This document shows, one piece after another, positions 13,001-26,500 of a stretch of 64,000 bases of DNA. Under the pieces are notes generated by a model. That model was given only the letters and a program-made list of their open reading frames with translations, was not told the origin of the DNA and ran no database searches. Numbering within the stretch: the first letter of the stretch is position 1; each line of letters begins with the position of its first letter. This stretch comes from Chrysomallon squamiferum (taxonomy: Eukaryota; Animalia; Mollusca): positions 11,470,001 through 11,534,000 of the forward strand of contig CM022679.1 of NCBI GenBank assembly GCA_012295275.1. The letters are read 5' to 3'. The position numbers were made by a program, and so were the translations under genes.

Positions 13001-15860
13001 TTGCGTATAAGCATAAGTGAGAATATCTCCCATGTGGAAAGGAAGAAAGTTAAACAAATCATTGAATAATAGAGAGAAATATTATAATTTTACACACATT
13101 TATTTAGAATTTGAAAAAACAAATTTTCTTTTTGGCAATAGTTTGGTAGTTTCTAATATTATATAATAAAAATATCTGGATATTCAGAGCTGTGATATTC
13201 TTTATTCATTCATGTGTTCTTTATTTGTTACATAATTTGGTCAAAATGTTTTGATGATTAATTCATCTTTCTTGGTGTTTCATTGGTATTTTGTTTTTTT
13301 GTAGATTGATAGATGCAGGAAAAAGTATGTTTCTAAATCTGGTCTGCAGTTTGTTGCACCTGAAATACGAAATGCTACAGAGACCAGCATGATATCACCA
13401 GTTGTTGATATGTACAGCATTGGTGTACTGTTGTTGTGGGTAAGTTTAGTCCTAGAAGGAAATACATTGGCATACTTGGGTAATGAAGAGTTTGTCATTC
13501 AAGTTTTTATATTTGTTTCTATATATTTTTTGTTTATTTTTTTTATTTTATTTTTATTTATTTTTTTTGGCAAGCATTGGAATTTATTTTAGTGATTATA
13601 ATAGTTATATTTTATTCTGAAATACAGAAAATAAATTCCTGTTAATGACATAATACATTGCAATTCCTATTAGTGCTGGTCAGAATTCATTATAACTTTT
13701 ATTGACTATTTGCATAACTCTGAAGTAACCTTTGTTTATCTTATATGCTATTTTTATTACACTGTTGTATTATTGAAGATGTTCTAGAAATCAAGACACT
13801 TTTTATTTTTATTTTATTTTTTTATTTTTTTGTTAGCTTCACTGCCCAGAGTCTAAGTTTGGTATGTTACCTGAGGGAACATTGGATTACACATCTGCTC
13901 CACTGGTATGATTCCATACATATGGTTTTTTTTGTTGTTGTTTTTTAAATTTTATTTATTTTACAATTAATATTTTTAATAATTATGCATTTTTAGTAAT
14001 GTTTGATTGAGACAGTTGATGCAAAAGTTCACATAAATGAGACCAAAATGAACCAACAAAGATGTTATATTTTATACAATAATCATTATTTGATAGTTAA
14101 TTTATGAATCAGTCTTGTTTGTTTTCCAGAACCAATTATTAAAAGATGTTTTATCATCTTTACTGTTACCAACTCCTAACGGAAGGGCCAGCATTGAAGA
14201 TCTACTTACTTCTGAGTATCTGAATACAGACATTATTGATGAACCTGTGGCAGCAGAATCTGAAAGGTAAATTTTAAAAAAATAAGATAAAATTTCATTC
14301 TTGAAATATTTTCTGCTGATAAACAGAATCAGAATGCATGTTTGTTATTTCTGAACAAAAAACAAATAATTATAACGTTAAAGAAAACAGTAACTAGTTA
14401 AACTATTATAAATAAACAAACTCTTCCTTTGTTACTGACTTATGTAGTATTTGTATTGACTTGGATGGCTGAATTAACATATTTACATGGCTGGTACTTT
14501 GGAAACAAATGTACTTTTCTTGGGAAGAGATGTATAAAAATCCCTGACAGTTAACTGATTTGAATAGCCCATGATCTTTAAAAATAGATTTAATACAGCT
14601 ATCAGTATGATAAAAGTGCTGATCTATCATTATGAAAATATTTGTGTATATGGTTTAACTTGTTACATTGTGTATCCAAATTTCAGTGTCTCGGACAGTA
14701 CTGCTTCTGATGGAATTCCTTCAGAAAAGCTTTCAGATGAAATAGAAGTTTTGAATGTTGTTGACACAGCAACAGCAGACAAAACTGAGACCCAGCCAGA
14801 AGAATATGCTAGTGATGAAATAGAAGAAGAGGATAAAACCACAGAATTATCAAAACCAGACTTGTTAAATCCAGAAGAGTCCTCAGAAAATGTTGATGAA
14901 GTTACTCCAGATATAACAGAATCTGAAAAGACAGTATCTGACAAAGTAGAAGAAGAAGAGGAACCTTCAGTTTTTGCTGTGGATAGCACAAAAATTGATC
15001 TAACCAAGATTGATCTCAGCAAAACATACCTGAATTCTTCTAGACCCATTGTGACTGATCAAAAGACAAGTGATTCGCTAGAGGAAGTGGCAGTTGAAGC
15101 AGACAAAGGTTGTGATGATCAGAATTCTGATGAATCAGAGGACATAAACAATGACTCTCCAGACTTGATTACAGAATGTATTGACAGGAGAATGTCATCA
15201 AGGAACCAAGGTGGACAGAGTGCAGCTACTGACGAAGGTTTGTATAATTTGTAACTTATTTAGTGTTCAGTTAAATATTGGCTTGCCTTCTAGATTTTAT
15301 TTTAATTGAAAATATGAGTATCTTTTTCTTGTTTTAGTCTATACGGTAATGCTAAAGTTATTATTGGAATCATATGCAGATCTTGCTGATTATTAAAATA
15401 GTAGTATTTAATAAATGTGGATATTTTGTTTGTAAAATATTACTCTTAGCATGAAAAAGTATAGTTTCCATTAGACCAGGGGTGGCAAAGAGGTCTAAAG
15501 TTTATTTACCTTCAGACAGATAAATTTATTATTGACAATATTTATTATTTATTTTACATGCTTGGGGATCAATGAGAGATCAAGGATTCCAGGAAGAGTT
15601 TGATGGTCTAAAAAATTTGCCAACCCATGATTTAGACTGAATGAACTTGTTTAATTTTTTTTCTCTTTGTCAAACCGTAACTTTTTATATGACTGTTTGG
15701 TTATAAATTTAATCTATTTAATATGTATTATTTTTTTTTTTTTTTTTTTCTTTCAGCTACTAACAATTTGGATAATCAGCATTCCTTCCAGGAGAACAAT
15801 AGTGATTCACCAGTCACTGTCTCCAACAGTGTGTCTGAAGATAGTTCTGATGTTTTGTAA
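3742..15860 (+). CDS. STK31: Serine/threonine-protein kinase 31 (Tudor domain + coiled coil + pseudokinase; TDRD8)
   Basis: 24 phase-consistent GT-AG exons: 3742-3897, 4476-4550, 4961-5113, 5499-5673, 6056-6203, 6963-7089, 7526-7632, 8046-8208, 8448-8570, 9047-9151, 9561-9650, 9949-10053, 10380-10628, 10975-11073, 11297-11377, 11647-11757, 11974-12093, 12505-12591, 12797-12946, 13305-13439, 13837-13905, 14130-14266, 14687-15237, 15757-15860 (TAA); ~1139 aa. Tudor motifs: THVETAVTVWVQ, FSQDGIWYRC, VHYVDYGNTE. STK31-type motifs: HFPELLTRHPDLG, IIHGEVTPQN, FVAPE, DMYSIGVLLLW. The start is uncertain: a possible small exon at 2814-2840 (MSLYMSNHF) or the Met at 3751. Confidence 0.92.
3955..4066. 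repeat. (TATATC)n-(TA)n-(GATATA)n compound microsatellite
   Basis: Seen directly in an STK31 intron. Confidence 0.9.
15477..15629. mobile_element. Short non-autonomous hAT(Charlie)-like MITE in the last STK31 intron
   Basis: Imperfect terminal inverted repeats CAGGGGTGGCAAA ... TTTGCCAACCCATG. Near-identical 8-bp flanks CATTAGAC (15469-15476) and ATTTAGAC (15630-15637) are consistent with a hAT target-site duplication. Confidence 0.6.
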
Positions 15861-17857
15861 TTTAATCACAAACATTTTAATTGACCATGGTGTTTGTTAA
15901 AAACACATTTTTTAATTGTTGTTATTTTTTTATTTGTTTTAAAGATAATGTTTTATGGTACTTTTTCACATAACAATAGATGGCAGGATGTCAAAAATGT
16001 TGTTAAAGAAATCAACAAATTAAAATATTTATTTTCTGATAATATTGAATTAAAATGTGCAAGTTGTCAAGAGATCTGATTAATAAATAGAAAGACTCCT
16101 AGTATTCAGTCAGCACAGTCATATCTGCTTCATTTCAAATATTTTTCCAAATTTTGAATGAATAATATGTTCAGATATGAAAGTTCATTTTATTTTTTTT
16201 CTAAATTCAAATTTGATGCTCTGAAAAGGTAGAGTATGGATTAACTTACTGCATTTTTGATTTTTTGATGCTTTTGTATATTAGCATTTTATTATAATGT
16301 CTGTATGCTTTTAGTTATGAAAATTGAAACACTTTAATACAGACTTGGAAAATTGTTTAATTATGGATTAACTTCATATCTGAAAGATTGAGAGTTAATG
16401 TTAACTCAGTTATTTATGATACATACATTCTCTTTTTATGTGATACCATAATTTATTAAGTTTTCGAGGTTGTAACTGAAAGTCACTGATGGCTGAAAAT
16501 ATTTTATACAATTAAATTGTATAATGTGCACTTTTCACAGATTCTGTCTTTTGTCTTCTATCTGATTCATAATTATTGTAAAACATCTGCTCAAAAGTAT
16601 CAAGGATAAGTATTTCCAGATTTTGTTTAAATTGAACCATTAAACCATTCACATTTTCCATTAAACATACCATGTGTGCTGTAAGATTTTCAGATTTTAA
16701 ATTTTTTTACAAACATAAAAATAAGTTGGTAATTAATTGTATTGAATATACCAAGTTGTTGTTTTAATTAATATCTCTTTATTGTTACAAATGAAATCTT
16801 GCAAATAAATTATTAGTTTTGAACCATGCTGTTTGTTTTATATATGTTTTAATATTAAAATAGGTAACATGTTTTAAAATTAAATTAATTGATTATTTAT
16901 AGACTTTAAACAGTTTCATCCATGCTGATTCTGTCTTCTTTCTATACAATGCCCTGAGTTCAGCAAACAACATTTAGATCATGTAACAGTAAAGAAATAA
17001 AGGCAATAAAATGTATATAAACTGAAAGCTGAGCAAATTAACTAGCTTGTCACAGTAAAGAGTTGTAGCTGTAGACAAAAATGTATCTACTGTACTTAAA
17101 AAGGAAAAATACAGTTTTACATAATATTGTAACCATAACTGATAGGCTACATAACTTGTAAAACTGTGAAACTGCAGTTAAATTTAATAATTGTAATGAT
17201 GACACAGTCATAGCTCAAACTGCCTTTAATTATCACAATATCAGTATGTATTTTTATCCAAAATAAAATTTAAAGAAATTTGTACAGCTCAGAAATAAAA
17301 TCGTTTCAATTGGCCTGTTAACTGATGGCCAACGTAAATAACAGCTCAGTGTATGAAAACTGTTTTCTGCAAAAATTAATTAAAACTATTGTTCAGGCTG
17401 TGTCTAAGTTGTGTATGGAATACAAAATTGTTAAGTTAAAATCATAAGGCTAAATAAAATAAAATAAAACTTCAAATGGATCTAAAAGCATCTAACAACA
17501 AGAATCATTAATGTAGTGTAGCACAGTATTTGTTATGTTGAAGCATATATTATTTCTGGCACTGGAAGAACAAAGAGGAGAAACAAGTGTTCATTTTGAA
17601 ATACTGGTATGGTTCTGTTTGGTTATTTTATGTAAATAATGTTATGTGTGTGTGGTGTGTATATGTGTATGTGCATGCTTAATATTATTATTTTAAAAAG
17701 TTCAAGTATAATAATAATGTGTACTTAGAAAGAAAACAAAAATTTAAAAAGAACAAAATATATCAAGTAAATGTTTTCAGTCCTGCCTATTTGTATTTTC
17801 AAACCAGGGCAGAGATGTATTAATCAAAAAGGTGGAAATCAAGAAACAACAAACGAG

Positions 17858-20800
17858 ATGGCGGCAAAAACAAGTGTTGACGATTTCAGAAAGTATCGCA
17901 GTCCCCTTGTTTCAAGATATGCCAGCAAGGAAATGTTATTTAATTTTAGTGAAATGAACACGATCATCATTTGGAGAAAACTCTGGTACTGGTTGGCAAA
18001 GGCAGAACAGGTGTTTATCATACCAGACTGATTATCGATGTTTATTCTGTTTTCGTGATTTCATTTTATCGAATCGATTGATTTATTTTTATTTTTATTT
18101 ATGCCAGTGTATATCACTTCAACATATATACTGGAATCATTTATATTGTTATAATAGTTTTACTATAGTAGATGATTATATGATATAAATGATATAATTA
18201 TAATAATACAGAGACATAAGTCTTATGATAAGATGAGATACAGAAATTCAAACGCAATAGCTATTCAATATAATTCAGAGTATTCTATTGAATAGCCTAT
18301 AGGCAATACTGAATAGTGAATACATGAATACTACATTATAATATATATAATAATATACTAATAATAGTACACTCTTAACTCTATTATCTTAAAGCTATAT
18401 TTATCACATAATCATAAGCGTAGTAAAACAAGCCTTATCAACAAACTTGAACATTAAAGATATGATCTTCATAAGTTAAATGACATTGACAGTAAGTCTT
18501 AATTATTAATGCATTCATTATTTTCTTATGACTACTTTTTGCATAATTCTTTATGAAACACAGTTCAATTTTAAATGTATTTGGTCTATATTTTATATGC
18601 ATCCTCTATCAAACAGTTGGGAATTTGAAATTAAACCTTGTTTATTTAATGAGATCTGATCAGCTTACAAGTAGATACTTAGGAAACAGAAGTAGTAATA
18701 CTGATTATGTTTGTAATATATGATAATTAATCATTATTATTAATTAACAGGAACTTGGGCTGGATATCAGTGATGAACAACTGAATGAAATGAAAGATAA
18801 TCAAGAAAATATAGATTTTGAGAAAGCAGCTGCTGAGGAAAGACGTGTGAGACATGACGTAATGGCGCACGTGCAGACATTTGCACAGTGTTGTCCCAAG
18901 GCAGCACCAATCATTCACCTAGGAGCAACATCTGCTTACGTTGGTGATAACACGGTAAACAAATAAAATTATGTGAGTTAAAGATGAGTGTTAAATTAAG
19001 AACAAAGACATATTCCAGGCACAGATTTTTAATAAAGCAATTCTTTTCATTTGATTATGTATTAAATATATCTATGCCTTTTCTAATATAACCTTAAAAT
19101 GTTCTTTGAATAGTGATTTTGTGGTGAAATATATGCATTCCATGCATTCATGTATATCAAAAAATATAACTTGTATTAAAAGTCAGTAATGAGTAACAAC
19201 AATAATAATAATAATATGATTATGTGTCTTCTGATATGATAATATAATATAAATAATCTGATATTAGTTTACTTATCTAAAGAAAATTTAAAATGGAAAA
19301 CATTGTTAGAAATATTTGATTATGATGTCTGATTTTGATATTTGATTTTTTCAGGGTCTGATTATAATGAGGGATGGCTTTAACATTCTCCTTCCTAAAG
19401 TAAGTATTGTGTATCTTTATTTATACTTTAATTCTGCTTTATTTTCCTTTCTTCTTTTTCTTTTTGATATTTAACAATAGCTCATAAAAATATTTACATA
19501 TTGTAATTTCAGCTTGCCAGGTGCATACACCGTTTAACTACATTTGCTGAAACCCATCGCTGTCTCCCTTGTCTTTCATATACACATCTACAGTGAGTGG
19601 TAAAATTGTTTCCTTTTATATTACTGAACTTTTAGTCTTAAACAGAATTTGTGTTTGTTTTGCTGTACTGACCCATCTGATTACTAGTGCATACCTCATA
19701 TAAATATTTGAAAATGTTCAAGGTAATACAGTGAGGTCAATCTCCTAGACATTTTCCTCTAAATATTACAATTTCAATAAATATCTTCAGGAGACAGTAC
19801 TGAAGATCCCTGATTTTCTTATTTTTAAAAAAAATTTGTTTTATATACTCTATTTAAAAAAAAAAAAAAAAAAAAAAAAAATACTAAAGCAAATATTAAA
19901 TAATAATTGAGATTTAATGTGAACAAAAAACAAGGAAAACATTTGTAATTTCTAAGTTCAATACTAGGCCAGCTCAGCTGACTACTGTTGGTAAACGAGC
20001 ATGTATCTGGATTCAGGATCTGCTCATGGATTTGCGTAACATAGAACGTGCTAAAAGTGACTTGCGTTTCCGAGGAGTCAAAGGTACAACAGGAACACAG
20101 GCCAGTTTCCTCACATTGTTTGATGGTAGTTCAGAAAAGGTGAGATTTAAGAAAAAAGTTATTAACGGAATGAATGTTTAAAACTTCCAACAAAAAAGAT
20201 TAGTTTTCGAGTTCTTGTAAAAAACATCATTTGTCATTTCAGATACATCTAAATTATAAATTAGTTAATTCATATAAGATTGTTTTTAGTACGTACTGCT
20301 TTTATTATTGATGTGAGACTAACTGTAACAGCATTTTTCCTGAAAAGTATATTATCAAAATATTTCATTAGTAATTTATTTTTTTTAACAAATGAAATAA
20401 ATTTTATTTGCAGGTAATATCTCTAGATAAAAGAGTCACAGAGCTGGCTGGATTCTCTCAGTATGTTTCATAGTTTAATTGAATCTTAAAATTTTTGTAG
20501 CAAATCTAAAATGAATTCAGAACTTGGCTTTATTATGTGAAGTTTAAAAGGTTTGACAAATTAACCTGACATCATAATTCAGAATGAAAAAAATGTATTA
20601 CTAGTTCATATGATAATAAATGAAGAAAAATTAATTTTTAAATTTACCTGATGTTTCATATGTAATCTTTTAAGTTAAGGTGCCCTCTTTTTAAGTATTT
20701 ATTTTTGTAAAAAAAAAATCTTTTCTTTCTTTATTTCTATATTTCAATTAAAGGTATTGAGATATATTTGCCTTTTCAAGCTAATATTATCTTCCTATTT

Positions 20801-23241
20801 TTATTTCTATTTTTTTAATATTTTTTTTTTTTTATCAGTCAGTATTTGATCTGTGGTCAGACATACACTCGCAAAGTTGATGTGGATTGCCTGGCAACAC
20901 TGGCTAGTTTAGGTGCTACAGCTCATAAGGTGAGTTTTATATATTTTATCACATGATAAATTTCATCTGGAACAAACACTCATACTTACTGTTGTCTGAG
21001 TACTTCTTTTTCGGGGTATGTTTTTTAGGAGTAGCATACCTGCAACACATGTTTTATACAGAAGACAGAGAAACTGCTTGTACAAACAAAAAATTAAAGA
21101 ATGAAATATGTATCTGTTTAAGATTAGTTTTTAGTGAAGTCTATATTTATGGTCTAACGGAAATAACTATTATGCAAAAGCACACGTTTTTTCAATTTAG
21201 GTCATATTTTAATTAATAAAAAAAAAAATAATAATAATAATTTAATTTTAGAAATCCCAGTAAACAAATATTGAACATCATACAATAAAAAAGTAAAATA
21301 CTGACAGAAAATGAAAAAAAAGAAAAGAAATAGCGACCAAACATTAGTGATCTGTTGTTAGTAAATTTACGGTCTAAGGGGAATAACTCTCTTTTAAGAT
21401 GAAAACCAGTTGATTGTTTTTGTTTCTTTAGTCTGTATTCTAATGAGCAGAGATTAAGAAATAATTTAAGTTAACTTTTAAAAATGACCAACATATAAAT
21501 TCAAAACAAAAGATGTTAAAACTAAAAAAGACAGAAAGAAAGAACATTAAAAGAAAACACTTAATGGAGTGTCACGGTGGATAATATAATTACGGTGTAA
21601 GGGAAATAACTCTCTTTTACGATAAAGCACGGTTAATAGGAATATTGAGTCATTGCCATCGGCTTAATTTTTATTTTTGTTATAAATTATTATTTTAAAC
21701 AATTTCAGAATGTTTGAAATAATTTGTTTATATTTCCTATGATATTAAAAAAGAAAGAAAAATGCAAAAGAGTTTAGTAACTCCCGTAGACCATTATTTT
21801 CCATTTACGGTCTAAGAGAAATAACTCTCTTTTACAATAAAGCACACGAATAAGAAGACTGAGTCACTACGATAATTTTATTTATTTTATTTTATTTTTA
21901 TTTATTTTTTGGAACAATTTCAGAATGTTTGAAAACAAAATTTTATATACTTTTACAGTGGACTACAAAGTCGTTTTTTTAAAACAAAAAGGAAAACACT
22001 TTAGACGCCTTTAAGCCAATATTTTAGTTTGTTTACGGTCTAAGGGAAATAACTCCCTTTAAGATAAAGCACATCGAATAGGAAGACTGAGTCGTTGCGA
22101 TAGCTTTATTTTTATTATTAAATTTTTTTCCTTTTATTTATTTATTTTTTATTTTTCATTCTCATTTTTATTTATTATTTATTTATTTTTAACATATTCA
22201 AAATGTTGCAAATAATTTAATTATATTTCTTACGGTGCATTATAAACTTTTTTTTTTTTTTTAACATTCAAAATGTTGGAAATAATTTGCTTATATTTCT
22301 TACAGTGCATTATAAAGTGTTTTTTTTTTTTTTTTTTTTTTAATAGGAAAAAGAGTTTCCATTACAATATGATTTGATTTTATTTTATTTACTCTAAGGG
22401 AAATAAAGCACAGTTAATAGGAAGACTGAGTCATTGCCATCACCTTAATTTTTATTTTTTCTTATAAATTATTATTTTAAAGAATTTCAGAATATTTCAA
22501 ATAATTTGTTTATATTTCCTATGTTTGAAAAAAAATAAAAAAGAGGAAAAATGCAGTTATTTCCGATACACCATTGTTTTCTATTTACGGTCTAAGGGAA
22601 ATAACTCTTTTACAATAAAGCACATTGAATAAGAAGACTGAGTCATTTCGATAATTTTATTTATTTTTATTTTATTATTATAATTTATTTTTTTTTTAAA
22701 TTTCTGAATTATGTAAAAGTTTGTTTATATTTTTTACGGTGCATCTTTAAAACAAAGGAAAACAGTTCAGAAATTTCTTTTACATCATTATTTTATTTTG
22801 TTTACGGTCTAAGGGAAATAACTCTCTTTTAAGATAAAGCACCTCGAATAGGAAGACTGAGTCATTGCGATAGCTTTATTTATTTAATTTTTTACTTTTA
22901 TTTTTTTTTTTTTTTTTTTAATATATTCAAAATGTAAATAATTTGCTTATATTTCTTATGGTGCAATATAAAGGATTTTAAAAATATATATATATTTTTA
23001 ATAGGAGAAAAGAGTTTAGAGTTATTTCCCTTACACCATGATTTTATTTTATTTGCTCTAAGCACAGTTAATAGGAAGACTGAGTCATTGCCATCGCCTT
23101 AATTTATTTATTTATTTTTATTTTTTTTTTTTTCATAAATTATCATTTTAAACAATTTCAGAATGTTCGAAATAATTTGTTTATATTTCGTAATGCAAAA
23201 GAGTTTAGTTATTTCTTTATACCATTATTTTTTATTTATTT

Positions 23242-23307
<66 letters not shown>

Positions 23308-23505
23308 AACAATTTCAGAATGTTTGCAATAATTTGTATATATTTTTTATGATGCATTTTAAAAAAAAAAAAAAAAGGAAAACAGTTTAGACATTTCCTT
23401 TACACACGTATTTTATTTTATTTACGGTCTAAGGGAAATAATCCCCATTTAAATTAAAGCACCATGAATAGGAGGACTGAGTCATTGCGATAGCTTTAAA
23501 TATTC

Positions 23506-23571
<66 letters not shown>

Positions 23572-26500
23572 TTTTTAATGAATATAAGACAAGATTAAAA
23601 TTTTATTTGGAGAGGAGAATAAAAGAAATGTAAACAAAATATCAGTAACCAAAAGAAACATTAAAGTAAACCAAACAAAAAAGTGCAGAAAAAGAAACAT
23701 AATGAGAAAAACATATTTTTAAAAATTTATTTTAAATATTTAACTTGTTAAAAATAAAGTGAGGAAAACTGGAGATAAAAAGAAAACAACACACATTCTC
23801 ATGAGTTGATAATGGATTAAAATACAGTTAACACAAACCTCTATGGTTAAAATTGTATCTAAGTAAAAATTCACGTAAGAAATTATATTGAATAAATGAA
23901 ATTATTAGAGGAAATGGGAAGTAAAAACAAACGATAAAAAAAGTAGGTAAATGTATGTTAACATTAACACCATTTCAGTTTACGTCACAGTATTTAATTT
24001 AACAGACTGCTAAGACATATTTCCCTTTGTCATTCTGCTTAGCTGTTGTGTGTTATGACAAATAGCACTGTCAGTGAGAGGTGTCACATAGGCCATTAAT
24101 AAACATGAGATCACTGCTGTCATCATTATTTATATTCAGAAGTAGAGCAGGCTAAATTGTCAACAGATGTTACAATAGGGACTATATTGTTTGTTTTTTT
24201 ATTTGTTTTTTTTTTATTTTATTTTATTTTATTTTAAATTGTTTGCAGATGTAACACTAGTGTTTATATTGGGTTTTTTTTTTTATTCATCCATTTATTT
24301 ATTGATTTATTTATTTATTAAAATAAATTTTTTAAATATATTCTTATTTTTATGATATAAATGTATTGAAACATATATTATTCTTTTTAAAAAATATATC
24401 TTTGTAAATAAGTTAATTTTTCATAATTTCTGGTCAGTTAAAAAACTAAAATTAAAATGATAAAAAAAAATAATAATAAATAAATAAAAACAACTTTCAT
24501 TTATATTTTTTTCTTAAAAGCTTTGGATGAATGATTTTTGATTAAAAAAAATTTGAAAATTGAAAATTTGATAGTACTTTTGATGATTTCTCAGTTTCAA
24601 CCAGTGCCCTCTCCCCATTATATATAAAAATTTCAATAACATGAAACGTTCAATATAAAAACAATTTTTATTAGATATGAATAGCAATTGTGAAATGAGA
24701 AATTTTATGAATGAAGCATGCCTATTAACAGTATATATTTTACATAGAATAAAAATGATAAAACATAAATAAGAATAATATGTAGAACAACCATGTTAGT
24801 AATTAAACTTATTTGCTATCAAATACAAAGCAACATTTATAGACCAAAGTTAATATAAACATTAAATTAAATTGTCCATTTCAGTGTGATGTTAAGTAGT
24901 TTTAGTTGTTGACATACATTCAGTTATACATTGTGATATTCTGTAAGAAAGGGAATAAAACACAGATAGTTAGTGCATTTATCTACACTGAGCACAAAAT
25001 GTTGAAAATAAAATATAAACTTAAAAGAAGGAAATAAAGGGAAAAAAGGAACCTAAAATCTAATATTATATGACGTTTTCTTCAAACAAGATGACGCTAT
25101 ACTCGTACGCTTTTAGCTGTTTACAACAGAATTGTACTGTCCTCTTTTTGCCAGTGCTTTGGTGATTTTCTTAACAGCTTTCTTATCAGTTTCTAGAATT
25201 GACATCAGTTTGTCGTTTTTTATGAGTTCAAGCATTTTGTTGCCATCAATTCTGTGTTCAAATATCTGGTGACAGACGTGCTCTGACAGCTTGTGTTTGC
25301 GTGCCCACATCATCATGAAGCTCACTGGAAAGTGGTGAATTCCTCTTGGCCAGCCTGCTGTCTCAAAATGATACCCATCTACATCTTTAAGGAAAAACGC
25401 GTATTTTACAGTTTTCATTAGCAGTATTTGCTGAGATTAAATCAGCTATTATCAGTGAACGATTTCACAATTTTTTTTAAAGAATAAACAAATAAATTAA
25501 TTAAATTAAATTATTTATTTATTTTTGTTAAATTATATTTAATGATGTTAAAAGAAATGATTTTTTCTTTTTTTAATTTTTATTATTATTTTTAAAAATC
25601 ACAATAATAAAAATAAAATTAAAAAGTAACGTAATCTACTTTTATTAGAAGAACAAAAAAAAAAAAAATCATACAATTTCTGCTGACATTTGATAATCAG
25701 TCAAGAATAAATACACTTACGTCCATCATCATATTTAAAGCTTGTTTCCCAGCGACATCCTTTAGTCTGACAAAGAAACACTTCCGTGCCATATATCTCT
25801 CCATTTGGCCTTATTCCAGCTTTCTCTTCGAACCTTCCGATGTTTTTCTCACCACACTTTACACAGGCTGCTAGCCCGCTGTTGTAAAACGCTATTCTAC
25901 TGGTGTCTTTTTGATCTCCGGTCGAAAACTGCGCTTTCCAAATATCAAGGTTAGGATCTTTAAAACAGAAGTAGTAGATGAATGTAACTAAATACTTGTA
26001 CTAATTATGAACGTAGTTTTGCATTAAAGTGTCTCTGGCGGTTTGTGTAATTTTAAAAAATGGGCACTTCCCAAAATATTGTATTATTTTTGGCTTACGA
26101 TCATCGTTAATAACAAAATATACCAATAAAATAAAACTTCTAAATATTTCATCATTTATTTTGTATCAACGTTGGAGAAAAACGAAGAGCAAACCGGTCA
26201 GCTGTGTACGTTATTACGTTACTACAAAAAAACGGCGGTGTCCGGATATTTTTAAACTGATCTCTTTTGTTGTTATAGTTCGCTTTTAGTTTAGATTGGA
26301 AGACAAAACAATAATAGTAGTAAAAGTTTAGAATTTCACCAAACTGTACATAAACTGATTAAAAAGCATTGTTATGATCAATTAAATTTAAAAAATAAAC
26401 GTCGAAAAAGAAAATAAATTTCTTGATTTTGTTTCAGTTGTTTTCGTCGTCGTCTTTTTCTTCTTCTTCAAGCATGAAGACTAAACATTTTGTAAAATGT

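Noticed and set aside
14663-15049. 128-aa Ser-rich minus-strand ORF
   Set aside because: Antisense shadow of the acidic STK31 exon; the same applies to 33107-33322 and 7995-8207.
21146-23500. CRISPR-like array (conserved motif with variable spacers)
   Set aside because: Eukaryotic intron; the inter-motif sequences are homologous to each other and ~200 bp long, and there are no cas genes.
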